Source of the DNA: an uncultured bacterium
GTDB lineage: Bacteria; Zixibacteria; MSB-5A5; JAABVY01; JAHJOQ01
Direction: 5' to 3'
Assembly: GCA_965369655.1 (NCBI GenBank)
Contig: CBDUQR010000002.1
Location: 33,857 to 97,856 of the forward strand
DNA: 64,000 nt
Below the pieces are notes generated by a model. The model made no database searches and was not told the origin of the DNA. It saw nothing but the letters and a program-made list of their open reading frames with translations. Numbering within the stretch: the stretch's first letter is position 1; every line of letters starts with the position of its first letter. Below are positions 38,046-47,676 of the stretch, in pieces. A program made the position numbers and the translations under genes.

Positions 38046-38276
38046 CTAATGTCCGGCGGAGTCTATCACTGCTGCGGCAGTGTCGAGCACTTCCTCCATC
38101 ATCGTAGTGTCGGTCACCACAGTGGTGTCATCCAAGATCTCGATTTCGGCCGGCGCCTCTTGTGTCACTGCCGGTGTCTCTTCTGCGGGCTGTTCTTCCT
38201 TCTTCTGTCCGCATGCGGCGATGATTAGCACAGCCATGAAAAGAACGAGACAAAAAACCAGAGTCGTGCGCCTCAT
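38046..38276 (-). CDS. Small acidic lipoprotein (76 aa)
   Basis: It has a GGGAGA RBS, a signal peptide with a lipobox (LIIAAC) and a Glu/Thr-rich tail. Confidence 0.4.
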   Translation of the reverse strand: MRRTTLVFCLVLFMAVLIIAACGQKKEEQPAEETPAVTQEAPAEIEILDDTTVVTDTTMMEEVLDTAAAVIDSAGH

Positions 38277-38475
38277 ACGCTTCTCCCTTCAAAGATTTCT
38301 TACCATAGCTTTGCGGACACGGCGATCATAGTCAACAAAAAAACGATCCCGCGCTGGGCTGATTTTGCTTGCTGGCGACCTTAAACTCGGATATTTTCGA
38401 CTTGCGGCGGTTTATGAAACAATTGGATATGCCGCACGGTAAAATTCTTAAGGCTATCGGGAAAGGACGCGGCTG

Positions 38476-39198
38476 ATGCCTGTTGTTACAATGCCCGCAG
38501 ACATGGGTAATCTCGGTTTCTTCGATCTGATCAGCCAGTCAAGCTTCTTCGCAGGTTTGATACTTCTGATTCTTGTTGTCATGTCGCTTATTTCTTGGGC
38601 GATTGTGATCGCTAAGTTCCGTCAGTACAGAACTGTTTCACGGGACAACGAGGAGTTTATCAGGCTGTTTCGCGAGCGCAAAAGGCTTATGGATGCCCAG
38701 GCGAAATGCGCTCCACGGAAGGCGAGTCCGCTTTTTACGGTGCTCGAAGATGGTTTGTCCGATCTGTCGCTTATCGTGGAGAAGAAGAAAGGACAGGGGA
38801 ATCTGCAGGCCGGGCTGGTCAAGCTCGATTCGCATGATCTCGACGCCATTTCAAAAACGCTTGAGAGATCGTCGACCGAACAGCATGCGTATCTGGAGAA
38901 GCTCGTGGTTTTCCTTGCGACAACTGCGAATACCGCGCCATTTTTTGGATTGCTGGGGACCTGCTGGGGAATTATGAATGCGTTCATGAGTATCGGTGCG
39001 AGAGGTTCCGCCTCGCTGGCGGTCGTTGCTCCGGGAATCGCCGAGGCCCTGATCGCGACCATCGTCGGGCTGGGAGCCGCGATTCCGGCGGTTATCGCCT
39101 ATAACTGGTGCAACAATAAACTGAAATTTATCGCTGACGATCTCTCCAATTTCTCGCTTGAATTCCTCTCCGCCGTGCAGAAAGAAAACGAATTTTGA
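38476..39198 (+). CDS. tolQ: MotA/TolQ/ExbB proton-channel protein (TolQ of the Tol-Pal system)
   Basis: It has three TM helices and the conserved C-terminal block (TAPFFGLLGTCWGIMNAF…GIAEALIATIVGLGAAIPAVIAYN). It is the first gene of a tolQRAB-pal-ybgF array. The start may be the internal Met at 38503. Confidence 0.8.
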   Translation: MPVVTMPADMGNLGFFDLISQSSFFAGLILLILVVMSLISWAIVIAKFRQYRTVSRDNEEFIRLFRERKRLMDAQAKCAPRKASPLFTVLEDGLSDLSLIVEKKKGQGNLQAGLVKLDSHDLDAISKTLERSSTEQHAYLEKLVVFLATTANTAPFFGLLGTCWGIMNAFMSIGARGSASLAVVAPGIAEALIATIVGLGAAIPAVIAYNWCNNKLKFIADDLSNFSLEFLSAVQKENEF

Positions 39199-39611
39199 TG
39201 CGACGTGCCCGGACATACAGGATGATGGCGGAAATCAACGTCACGAATCTCGTTGATGTTGTCCTCGTGCTGCTGATAGTCTTTATGATTTCAGCGCCTC
39301 TCTTGCAGTCCGGGATAGATATTGACTTGCCCAGGACAACTTATGTCGATAAAGAGCTTGCCGAAGGAGTGGTCATCACGATCAACAAGAAGGGCGGGAT
39401 TTTCATCGATGATATATTCTGCAGGCCTGAGCAACTCGAAGAGAAGCTGACTGAGTATATCGGACGCAAGAGAATCAGCGCTATATACCTGCGCGGTGAC
39501 AAGAATGTGAACTACGGCTCTGTGATCGATGTCATTGCGAGGCTCAAGAAGATGGGCATCGCGGATGTCGGGTTGGTTACGAAACCATTCGAAGAGGCCG
39601 AATCGAAGTGA
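39195..39611 (+). CDS. tolR: ExbD/TolR biopolymer transport protein
   Basis: It has the signature INVTNLVDVVLVLLIVFMISAPLL and overlaps tolQ by 4 nt. Confidence 0.8.
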   Translation: MMRRARTYRMMAEINVTNLVDVVLVLLIVFMISAPLLQSGIDIDLPRTTYVDKELAEGVVITINKKGGIFIDDIFCRPEQLEEKLTEYIGRKRISAIYLRGDKNVNYGSVIDVIARLKKMGIADVGLVTKPFEEAESK

Positions 39612-40336
39612 AGACCCAGGATATTCTGGTATCAGTACTGCTTCATCTGGCGTTTTTCGCCGTGATAGTGATATTCTCAGCCGCGAGGGGTCGCGCTCGG
39701 CAGTTTGATCCGGAGGATATCGCAAATGTGCAGCTCTTCGAGTCGGTGCCGATGGGAGGGAAGGCAATTGAAAAGCAAGAGCCTGAACCTGTTGAACCTG
39801 AGCCAGTCGAGTCAAAGCTACCGGATATGGCGGTCAATCAGATAGTTGAAGATTTCGTTGAGGAGGAGCCGGTGCAGATCGCGTCGATAGAGACTCCGTA
39901 CGAAATTGAGAAGAAGGAAGCCAGGAAACCCCCGAAGCCCAAACCCAAAGATACGGAGTCCAAATCATCTAAACCGGCGAAGAAGAAGGCCGTGATCGGC
40001 GATGGCGAGGTCAAGACATCGATCGGTTCCGATGGCGTATCGGGCGGTCTCGGTGTCGGTGATTTCCCGTACGACATAGGGCGAGTGACACAGTTGATAG
40101 ATCGCAACTGGGACAACCCTGTGCTGTCGCAAAAGACGCTCGCGTGTGTCGTCTATTTTCAGATCGATCGAAGCGGCAACATTCGAGGTGCCACGATCGA
40201 GACGTCATCCGGTAACAGCCAGTTCGATATGACTGCCCTGAACGCGGTGATGCGAACGAAAACGCTTCCGCCGCTGCCGGTTTCATTCAACTATGATATC
40301 CTCGGTTTTCATCTGGAGTTCGAATACACGCCGTGA
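39608..40336 (+). CDS. TolA-like/TonB C-terminal-domain energy transducer
   Basis: It has an N-terminal TM anchor, a Pro/Glu/Lys-rich linker (EPEPVEPEPVE…KPPKPKPK) and a TonB_C-like C-terminus (VYFQIDRSGNIRGATIETSSGNSQFDMTALNAVMR). Its position between tolR and tolB supports a TolA role. Confidence 0.65.
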   Translation: MKTQDILVSVLLHLAFFAVIVIFSAARGRARQFDPEDIANVQLFESVPMGGKAIEKQEPEPVEPEPVESKLPDMAVNQIVEDFVEEEPVQIASIETPYEIEKKEARKPPKPKPKDTESKSSKPAKKKAVIGDGEVKTSIGSDGVSGGLGVGDFPYDIGRVTQLIDRNWDNPVLSQKTLACVVYFQIDRSGNIRGATIETSSGNSQFDMTALNAVMRTKTLPPLPVSFNYDILGFHLEFEYTP

Positions 40337-41637
40337 GATTCCTGCTTGTCATAGCGGTGATGCTGGCCTGCCTGACTGTGCAGGTGTCCGCTCAGACTGC
40401 GGCGGATGTGACCATCAAGCTGCACAGGAGCGGGTTCGATCAGTATCGGACCTCAGTTGAGGATTTCAAGGCATCACAGTTTGTCGTCTCTCCCGAAGAA
40501 ATGAAGCTGGCGCTCGACATCGCTCAGATCGTGCGGGATGACCTCGATTTCCATATCGCGTTCAAGAATATCCCGATGGATTCGTCGCTCCTGACTGTCC
40601 TCGAAATGACTGAGATGACGCGGCTGGCGTGGAAACACCTCGGCGCCGAGTATCTTGTGACCGGGGATTTCGAGTTCACCGACGATGAAATCTCCGTGCG
40701 GTATATGATCTGGGATCTCAACAGAATGATGGAGGTCAGGTCGGATGGTTTCCGGACCGACAGGCGCAATTACCGGGCGCTCGCGCACTCGATCTCCGAT
40801 GACGTAATCTGGCGGGTGGCCGGGTATGATCCGATATTCAACACTAAGACAACATATGTCTCGGCGAAGTCGGGTAACAAAGAGATCTATGTATGTGATT
40901 ACGATGGTTCCAACGCCTATCCGCTTACCGCCAACGGTTCAATCAATATTTCGCCGGTATGGGACGCGCAGGGCAAGGCTGTTTACTATACATCGTATAA
41001 AGATGGTTCACCGGATCTGTTCCGGGTCGATCTTTCGGGCGGAAAGCACACGAAGGTGGCTTCGTTTCGCGGCCTGAATTCTGCCGCGGCGATTTCCCCC
41101 GAGAACGATGAGATATGCCTGACACTCTCGAAAGACGGCAATGCAGAGCTTTATCTTCTCGAAATCTCTGGCAAGATCAAGAGAAGGCTGACTCGCACTC
41201 GCGCAATCGAGTCATCGCCGTCGTTTGGCCCCGGTGCTCATGTCATAGCATTCTCATCCGACAGGACAGGCACGCCGCAGGTGTATCTCATGGATCGAGA
41301 GGGGCTGAACGTGCACAGGGTGACATACGAAGGCAGATACAACGATTCACCGGCGCTTTCCCCGGATGGCTCCAAAATTGCATTCGTGACCCGGACGGCT
41401 CGCGGCAATTTCGATATATGCGTCGTCGATGTCGACGGTGAGAATTTCAGGGTGATTACAAACACCGGTTCCAACGAGAACCCCCACTGGGCGCCTGACA
41501 GCTATCACCTTATCTATTCTACAAGGAGAGGGGATGTCAGCGACCTGTATATCTCCGATTTTCTGGGGCTGAATAAGCGCAAGATCACTGGCGATATGAA
41601 ATCGAGCAATCCATACTGGGGGCCAGCATCGAGGTAG
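40333..41637 (+). CDS. tolB: Tol-Pal system beta-propeller protein TolB
   Basis: It has an N-terminal TolB domain followed by repeated propeller blades with the SPDGSKIAF…DIYVVD…G pattern (4-5 copies). Confidence 0.85.
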   Translation: MRFLLVIAVMLACLTVQVSAQTAADVTIKLHRSGFDQYRTSVEDFKASQFVVSPEEMKLALDIAQIVRDDLDFHIAFKNIPMDSSLLTVLEMTEMTRLAWKHLGAEYLVTGDFEFTDDEISVRYMIWDLNRMMEVRSDGFRTDRRNYRALAHSISDDVIWRVAGYDPIFNTKTTYVSAKSGNKEIYVCDYDGSNAYPLTANGSINISPVWDAQGKAVYYTSYKDGSPDLFRVDLSGGKHTKVASFRGLNSAAAISPENDEICLTLSKDGNAELYLLEISGKIKRRLTRTRAIESSPSFGPGAHVIAFSSDRTGTPQVYLMDREGLNVHRVTYEGRYNDSPALSPDGSKIAFVTRTARGNFDICVVDVDGENFRVITNTGSNENPHWAPDSYHLIYSTRRGDVSDLYISDFLGLNKRKITGDMKSSNPYWGPASR

Positions 41638-41745
41638 AGATCAAAAGTTATTGTTGACCGGTGCGGCTAACAATAATATGTTCTTTAGCCGGTAGGTAGT
41701 GGAGTAGAAGAATTACTGTTTGAGAAAATAGAAGGAGGAAGGGAC

Positions 41746-42267
41746 ATGTTTTCACGTGTATTGGCAATTTTGGGAATCATAGCGCTGGCATCGATACTTG
41801 TGGTTGCCGGATGCGGAAAGAAGCCTGCAATTGAAGACAAGCCGGTAATTCCAGATGTGCCTGACACCACTGGGCAGGTAATCGATGAACCGGATATACC
41901 GGAGGATAAACCCGTTGTCAGGCTGACCGAGGATCAGTTAAGGATTGCGTACTTCGATTTCGACAAGTACAATCTGCGTTCCGACGCCAGAGACGCGCTC
42001 GAATACAATGCAAGACTTCTGAAGGACAATCCTGATGTTACAGTACTGATCGAGGGGCACTGCGATGAGCGCGGCACGGTCGAGTACAACCTTGCTTTGG
42101 GTGAGAAACGCGCCAAATCCGCCATGGATTATATCAAGAGTCTCGGAGTCGATGCTGATCGCCTGAACATCATATCCTACGGCAAGGAGCGTCCGATGGC
42201 ATTGGGTCACGACGAATCCGCCTGGAGCAAGAACCGTCGCGCGAAGTTCACGATAACCTCGCAGTAG
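41746..42267 (+). CDS. pal: Peptidoglycan-associated lipoprotein Pal (OmpA family)
   Basis: It has a lipobox (VVAGCG) and an OmpA_C peptidoglycan-binding domain (YFDFDKYNLRSDARDALEYNARLL…IEGHCDERGTVEYNLALGEKRAKS). Confidence 0.85.
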   Translation: MFSRVLAILGIIALASILVVAGCGKKPAIEDKPVIPDVPDTTGQVIDEPDIPEDKPVVRLTEDQLRIAYFDFDKYNLRSDARDALEYNARLLKDNPDVTVLIEGHCDERGTVEYNLALGEKRAKSAMDYIKSLGVDADRLNIISYGKERPMALGHDESAWSKNRRAKFTITSQ

Positions 42268-42276
42268 TAGATAAGT

Positions 42277-43029
42277 ATGTTGAAGACATTTGTTCTTTCA
42301 TTCCTGATCCCCATTCTCCTGTTGGCGGGATGTATGTCGTCCCGCCAATTGGACGAGATGTCGCTCAGGATGACTGTCATCGAGCAGCAGAACCGGGCAA
42401 TCGAGGAGAAGCTGATCGAACTCGACAGCCTCTCGGAGACTCTGCTTGAAGCGCTGACTGTGTTCAAGGCGCGGACCGAGTTCGCCGACGAGGCGGGCGA
42501 TGCGCGTCTCGAAGAGATTAGCGCGAAACTCAACGATGTGCTCGATCGATCTGAGAGACTGCAAGCCTCGCTTACCGCACTGCAACTCGGACTGGTGAGG
42601 ACGCCGGTCGAGGACTCGACGGCCGCCCCTGGAGACATTGTTACTGATACGTTCACATATGTCGATGCGAGGAAGCTATTCGACAGAGCTTTCAAGGACC
42701 TGACAGCAGGCGATTATGCGCTGGCGGTGCTTGGATTTACGGAGTATGTCAAACTCTATCCGAAGACTGACCAGGCTGATGACGCTCAATTCCTGATCGG
42801 CGAGGCTCACTATCGGCAGAGCGACTACGCGCGGGCTAAAAGCGCTTATGTCGATGCCGAGAAGTCATATCCTGATTCGGATCGAATGCCGACCGTTCTC
42901 TATAAACTGGGAAGATGTTACCAGGAGTTGGGCGACGATAAGAAGGCGAAGAAGTATTTCAATTTGACCGTAGAAAAGTTTCCTGAGACCCAGGAAGCGG
43001 AACTGGCGAAGGGTAAATTGGGCGGATAG
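42277..43029 (+). CDS. cpoB: Tol-Pal system protein YbgF/CpoB (coiled coil plus TPR)
   Basis: It has a signal/lipobox, an N-terminal coiled coil and C-terminal TPR repeats (YALAVLGFTEYVKLYPKTDQADDAQFLIGEAHY…). It is the last gene of the tol-pal array. Confidence 0.75.
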   Translation: MLKTFVLSFLIPILLLAGCMSSRQLDEMSLRMTVIEQQNRAIEEKLIELDSLSETLLEALTVFKARTEFADEAGDARLEEISAKLNDVLDRSERLQASLTALQLGLVRTPVEDSTAAPGDIVTDTFTYVDARKLFDRAFKDLTAGDYALAVLGFTEYVKLYPKTDQADDAQFLIGEAHYRQSDYARAKSAYVDAEKSYPDSDRMPTVLYKLGRCYQELGDDKKAKKYFNLTVEKFPETQEAELAKGKLGG

Positions 43030-43043
43030 AGAAAGGCCAACAA

Positions 43044-43556
43044 TTGGGTGATTGCCGGATATCTGTCGATGTCGCCGGTGCGAAAAATATCCCGCAGGCG
43101 AGGGGATTCTATGATCTCATGGAGAATCTCCTCAACTTCCCGATAAAAGCGAGGGGGAAATTCCACTCTTATATCCAGAGCGAGTATCTATCCATAGACA
43201 TTGATAAGAAGGGGTTCCTGCTCAACGTGGAGGTCTCTCTCCCTCGTGATGACTGGACGGCTGACCCGCGCATTGTCGTACCTGTCGGCGCCGAGATGAG
43301 CAAGCTGCGTTTCCTCGATTACCGGCTCGACATATCGGGGGAGTCGTACTTCACAAACGAGAAGAAAGACCTGCTGTATATATGCTTCTCTCAGGACCGG
43401 CATGTCAAGACATTCGAGATCGCAGAGAACATTCTCGCCGATGTCAACCTCGTGAACGAACTTGTTGGCCTGTGGCTGCTCAGTCTCGAGGAAGACTACG
43501 AATTCAAGGCGGAGATGGCGTTCCGAAAAGGTGTGGAAGTCAAGAGCCGGAAGTAG
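43044..43556 (+). CDS. Hypothetical protein
   Basis: The 170-aa ORF lies 14 nt after cpoB on the same strand. A competing antisense ORF at 43188-43601 was judged less likely. Confidence 0.4.
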   Translation: MGDCRISVDVAGAKNIPQARGFYDLMENLLNFPIKARGKFHSYIQSEYLSIDIDKKGFLLNVEVSLPRDDWTADPRIVVPVGAEMSKLRFLDYRLDISGESYFTNEKKDLLYICFSQDRHVKTFEIAENILADVNLVNELVGLWLLSLEEDYEFKAEMAFRKGVEVKSRK

Positions 43557-45330
43557 TATCTTTCTGATTCCCGTACCATTCCCAGAAACTGATCGATTCA
43601 CTGTACAGATGTTTGATAATCTGAATCTGTTGTCTTAGCATATAATCTCGTTCAAAAAGATCAGCATCGATATCTCCAAACGAGAAATCAATAGGTGGCT
43701 TAGGTTGGAATATTTCGTTCGGCTCGATAAGCCTGTAGACTATCCCCTGTGGAGCCGGTCTGAAGTACGCTTTGTCACGGAAGTCGTGTATCATGATGAA
43801 ATATTTCGGTCTGTCAGGTACTGACATAATTGCTGAAATGAGTGACTGAAAGGCATCCTCGATCACTGCCTGATCAAACTCCAGTCCACGTTCGAACAGT
43901 CTCAATTGCGGTATAAGACGTTCCCGCTCCTCTTTGATACTCCTATAAAGAGCAGAATCGATCGCTTCGATATAGTCATAGTACCAACTTCTCCGCAACA
44001 ATTCATAATCGATAGCAGTGATGTCGAGTCTTTCTTTATCGATGTTTTGCCTGTACAGGAGTGGGCTGTAGAAGCTCCAGTTGGTGGTAAGAAAAATACC
44101 GTTAGGTTCTATTGAAGCAAGCAGCATGTCGGTCTGCTTGTCGACAAAATCATAACGGCTTCGATCTGCGAAGGATCGTCCTGTGACAATTAAGTGTGTC
44201 CCCAATAAGAGAAAGATTACAGCGACGACAACAGGGGCTTCAATTTTCGGTAATCTCGGCAGCTTGTGGAATGCCAGGTCAACCAATGCTGCGATGCCGA
44301 CGGCGCAGAACAGCGCGTAGATGAATATCATCGGGAGCAGGTATGTGTCGATCTCAGGGATCGTGTATCCGGCGGCGAAGACAATGTTCAGAGCGAGAAT
44401 CACCAGCAGGCAGGCCGACAGGATTCGGTCTCTCCTGAACAAATGAATCAGTCCGAACAGAGCGGGGATAATCAGCGCGATTGGGAATTCAGTGACTGTC
44501 ATTCGGATGAGATCGAACATGCTCGATATGTGCTCATCGAATGGCTTGTTGAACATCCATGTACGATATTGCCAGCCGGAAGCGTGCCTTATGAAGTTCT
44601 CGAATGTCGATGGGTTACCCCAATTGAGTAGTGGCGATTGAGATGCTCGTATCGGTAGATACAAATACGCGCTGATCGCGATCGGCAGCATGATTGCAGC
44701 AGTCGTTGCCAGTCTGCTAAACTGACGGCGAAGATTGCGGTCGGCGATGACCCACAGCATGATCGCAGCCGCGACGAAAACGGTCGATGAGTGATTGCAG
44801 AACGACAACCCGACAATGTATGCTATCAATGCAAATATCCGGATGTCGGATCGCCCGGGGGTGAAGCGGGCACGAGTTACCAGAAAAGTGATCGCCGACA
44901 GGAAGAGAAGATGAAGAGCGTAGACTTCATTCGTGACCGACAGAATCCATACCTGAGGCGAGTAGAGAAGAAGCATGCCGGATGTTGCTGCCGCGACAAG
45001 AGTCAACGACGATTTTCTGTTTCCCGGACGCAGTGAGCCGAAAAGAATTAGGCATGTGAGAAAAAAGAAGATAGCTGAGCCGATTCCACAAACGACTGAC
45101 AGGAACGATACTGCCTGAATAACCTCACCGGGATGGAGAATGCAGAACAGTCTTCCCAGCAGCGTGTAGAGTGGATATCCCGGCGGATGCGCGATACCGA
45201 GTGTGCTGCAGGCGACGGCAAGTTCGCCTGAATCAACGAATCCTACGTAGTTGGCGGATGTCCTGACAAGCCAGGCGAAATTCACCAACAGCAGTGCGCC
45301 GACTGCAAGCTTTGCGGCTTTAGAGTTCAT
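43540..45330 (-). CDS. DUF2723-type polytopic membrane protein (GT-C-fold glycosyltransferase-like)
   Basis: The N-terminal motif (VDSGELAVACSTLGIAHPPGYPLYTLLG) is typical of DUF2723/TMEM260-like proteins. It has about 11 TM helices and a C-terminal soluble domain. Confidence 0.65.
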   Translation of the reverse strand: MNSKAAKLAVGALLLVNFAWLVRTSANYVGFVDSGELAVACSTLGIAHPPGYPLYTLLGRLFCILHPGEVIQAVSFLSVVCGIGSAIFFFLTCLILFGSLRPGNRKSSLTLVAAATSGMLLLYSPQVWILSVTNEVYALHLLFLSAITFLVTRARFTPGRSDIRIFALIAYIVGLSFCNHSSTVFVAAAIMLWVIADRNLRRQFSRLATTAAIMLPIAISAYLYLPIRASQSPLLNWGNPSTFENFIRHASGWQYRTWMFNKPFDEHISSMFDLIRMTVTEFPIALIIPALFGLIHLFRRDRILSACLLVILALNIVFAAGYTIPEIDTYLLPMIFIYALFCAVGIAALVDLAFHKLPRLPKIEAPVVVAVIFLLLGTHLIVTGRSFADRSRYDFVDKQTDMLLASIEPNGIFLTTNWSFYSPLLYRQNIDKERLDITAIDYELLRRSWYYDYIEAIDSALYRSIKEERERLIPQLRLFERGLEFDQAVIEDAFQSLISAIMSVPDRPKYFIMIHDFRDKAYFRPAPQGIVYRLIEPNEIFQPKPPIDFSFGDIDADLFERDYMLRQQIQIIKHLYSESISFWEWYGNQKDTTSGS

Positions 45331-45343
45331 CCGCCTTTAAGAT

Positions 45344-45769
45344 TTAGAACGGCAGATCGTCATCTTCGCCCGGTGTGGCTTCGGGGAAGTCGGCTTCAGC
45401 CGGAGCTGTCTGGTCGAATCCGGACGTTGATGAATCGCCTTTACGTCCGAGAAACTCCATTTTCTGGAGCACCACTTCGGAAGTGTACCGTTTGTTGCCG
45501 TCTTTATCCTCGTAGCTGCTGTTGTCGATGCGTCCTTCGATGTAGACCGGACTGCCTTTGGACAAATACTCATTTGCGACTTCGGCATGCCGGCCCCATG
45601 CGACGATACGGTGCCATGTGGTTCTTTCCTGCAGCTCGCCGCTCTTGTCCTTGAATTTCTCTGAAGTCGCTATCGAGAACTTGGTGACCGCAGTGCCGTT
45701 CGGAGTGTATCTCATCTCCGGGTCGCGCCCCAAATTGCCTATCAGAATTGCTTTGTTGACAGACGCCAT
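45344..45769 (-). CDS. ssb: Single-stranded DNA-binding protein
   Basis: It has an OB fold (MASVNKAILIGNLGRDPEMRYTPNGTAVTKFSIATSE…TTWHRIVAWGR…) and an acidic C-terminal tail (DDDLPF). Confidence 0.9.
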   Translation of the reverse strand: MASVNKAILIGNLGRDPEMRYTPNGTAVTKFSIATSEKFKDKSGELQERTTWHRIVAWGRHAEVANEYLSKGSPVYIEGRIDNSSYEDKDGNKRYTSEVVLQKMEFLGRKGDSSTSGFDQTAPAEADFPEATPGEDDDLPF

Positions 45770-45865
45770 GTAACCTCCTGTTTTGTTCGATACTGTGGGA
45801 ATATACTACAGTAGAGGTTGGTTGTCAAATTAGTTGCTCGATATTTGAAAGTCTTGACCATATTC

Positions 45866-45925
45866 AGAACCCACCCGAAGCTGCGCTTTGGACAGGAAGG
45901 GGTTTCGATCTACTCAACTATTAGT
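45866..45925. repeat. Composite short repeat (family B): AACCCACCCGAMGCT and GGACAGGWAARGGTTTCGAYCTACTCAACT
   Basis: The first motif also occurs at 37699-37713, the second at 50149-50182. The second motif overlaps the stop codon of the 45910-46686 gene. Confidence 0.4.
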
Positions 45926-46686
45926 TCCCTAGCGAAAAGATCTTTCATCATCTGATTTGTTGCGTCAATTGACAGAGACAGCAGGTCTTGTGCTTGATCC
46001 AAGTCATACCGCGCATCTGGATGTTGAGTTGGATTGCGGAAATTTATCCGGATGTTATCGAGATGATCTAATAGTGACTTCTTTGGGACGTCACTGCGTT
46101 TTCTAAGGTGCATTATCATCGCGTTCCACATCAGTGATTTAGTGCGACCACGCTTTACAATCGTCGTATAGTAATACCGGAGTGCCCCTTCAGTGCCACG
46201 CATAAGATGGAACGCTGCTGCTGTTGAGAGTGCAAAACCAATACAATGACAGGCCTGCGCAAAGTCAAACTGTGTAATTGTAGGCAATGTTGAATAGACG
46301 CCTTTGGCGAAGAGATTCCCTGGGCTATATAACAAATTGTCTAAGTCAAAACGCTTCGGCGTGACAATATACGCGTAACGGAGTTGCAACTCAGCATCAA
46401 GAGTCTTGTCGAGTTGTTCGATAGCTTCGTGGACCTCTGTCTCTAGATCGCCATCCATTTTCGAATCTACAGGCAGTTTTTTGACTCGACTTTGAATCAA
46501 GCGAAGCATCCCTGCTGCCTGATTCGTTACCTGAAGATTCAGACCGTCAGCATAACTAAGGAACTCGTTGATCCGATCCAGAAGGGAATTACTTTCTCCA
46601 TGCACAGTCATTCCCTTCTTCGAGAATCGAAGGATGTTGTAATTGTACCCGAATGCAAAATAGTCGTATATTGGGATACGCTTCAT
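45910..46686 (-). CDS. Hypothetical protein with a C-terminal HEPN-type Rx4H motif (Abi-like)
   Basis: The 258-aa protein has an AT-rich gene (~43% GC against ~55% nearby). The motif is NIRINFRNPTQHPD. It lies in an islet bounded by dispersed repeats. Confidence 0.5.
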   Translation of the reverse strand: MKRIPIYDYFAFGYNYNILRFSKKGMTVHGESNSLLDRINEFLSYADGLNLQVTNQAAGMLRLIQSRVKKLPVDSKMDGDLETEVHEAIEQLDKTLDAELQLRYAYIVTPKRFDLDNLLYSPGNLFAKGVYSTLPTITQFDFAQACHCIGFALSTAAAFHLMRGTEGALRYYYTTIVKRGRTKSLMWNAMIMHLRKRSDVPKKSLLDHLDNIRINFRNPTQHPDARYDLDQAQDLLSLSIDATNQMMKDLFARELIVE

Positions 46687-46864
46687 TAGTAGTTCCTCAC
46701 TTTCGCCTCATCGAAATCGTAATTTTAAAAAACAATAGCTCCGTCTTCAGGAATCCAGATAATTAAAAGTATATTGCAAGTGGCTTTGGTAGTCAAGCGA
46801 TTGGTGCGAAATTCGTTCACGGTATGAGTAGGGGTGAGCTCGCAGCGGAGTGAATGGTTCAGTT

Positions 46865-46936
46865 CTTGTAGGTCAAGCGCGCTCGCGCTTGACGATTAGA
46901 AAAGATGTCAAGCGGTCAGGCCGCTTGACCTACAAG
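46865..46936. repeat. Nested palindromic element (family A): a 15-bp perfect terminal inverted repeat CTTGTAGGTCAAGCG / CGCTTGACCTACAAG enclosing two inner hairpins
   Basis: It reads CTTGTAGGTCAAGCGCGCTCGCGCTTGAC…GTCAAGCGGTCAGGCCGCTTGACCTACAAG. Related elements occur at 49426-49645. Confidence 0.55.
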
Positions 46937-46992
46937 ACTGCGGATATCTGTAATCTCCTTGACTTGAATGCTCGCCTCGGTATACTTCTGTT

Positions 46993-47676
46993 ATGAGTGA
47001 TGGAAAATTATACATAGTCGCGACGCCTATCGGTAATCTCTCTGATGTTACTCAGCGAGCTGCGGACACGCTTCGTTCAGTCGATATCATCGCATGCGAA
47101 GATACAAGGCATTCTGGCAAATTGCTCAAACATCACGGTATCTCTGCGAGACTGATTCAGTACCACGATCACAACAAAGATCATTCCGCGCCCGGCATCG
47201 TCAAGATGCTTCTCGAAGGACACGATGTCGCGCTAATCACCGACTCGGGCACGCCGGGCATCTCTGATCCGGCATTTGTACTCGTGCGACTCGCGCTGGC
47301 CGATGACATAGAAATTATCACCATTCCAGGCGCCTGCGCAGCTATCGCAGCGCTCACCATCTCGGGACTGCCGATGGACAGGTTTGCGTTCGAGGGTTTC
47401 CTGCCTGTGCGAGTTGGTAGACGAAGAACGAGACTCCTGAGTGTCAAGGATGATCCGCGCACGCAAGTGTTCTACGAATCGCCTCATCGGCTTGTCAAGG
47501 TGCTCGCCGCTATGAGGGAAGTATTCGGAAACAGGAATGTGGCGATCGCGCGGGAATTGACCAAGATCCACGAAGAGGTTATCAGGGGGACGTTCGACGA
47601 CATCTTAGACCGGTTCAGCGAGTCAAAACCACGAGGGGAATTCGTCATCATTGTCGAAGGAAACACCGGCAAATAG
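46993..47676 (+). CDS. rsmI: 16S rRNA (cytidine1402-2'-O)-methyltransferase RsmI
   Basis: LYIVATPIGNLSDVTQRAADTLRSVDIIACEDTRHSGKLLKHHGI…is the tetrapyrrole-methylase-fold signature of RsmI. Confidence 0.85.
   Translation: MSDGKLYIVATPIGNLSDVTQRAADTLRSVDIIACEDTRHSGKLLKHHGISARLIQYHDHNKDHSAPGIVKMLLEGHDVALITDSGTPGISDPAFVLVRLALADDIEIITIPGACAAIAALTISGLPMDRFAFEGFLPVRVGRRRTRLLSVKDDPRTQVFYESPHRLVKVLAAMREVFGNRNVAIARELTKIHEEVIRGTFDDILDRFSESKPRGEFVIIVEGNTGK

Noticed and set aside
43188-43601. 137-aa minus-strand ORF competing with 43044-43556
   Set aside because: The plus-strand ORF is longer, follows cpoB on the same strand with a 14-nt spacer, and has more protein-like composition. Neither has a recognised domain, so this remains a judgement call.
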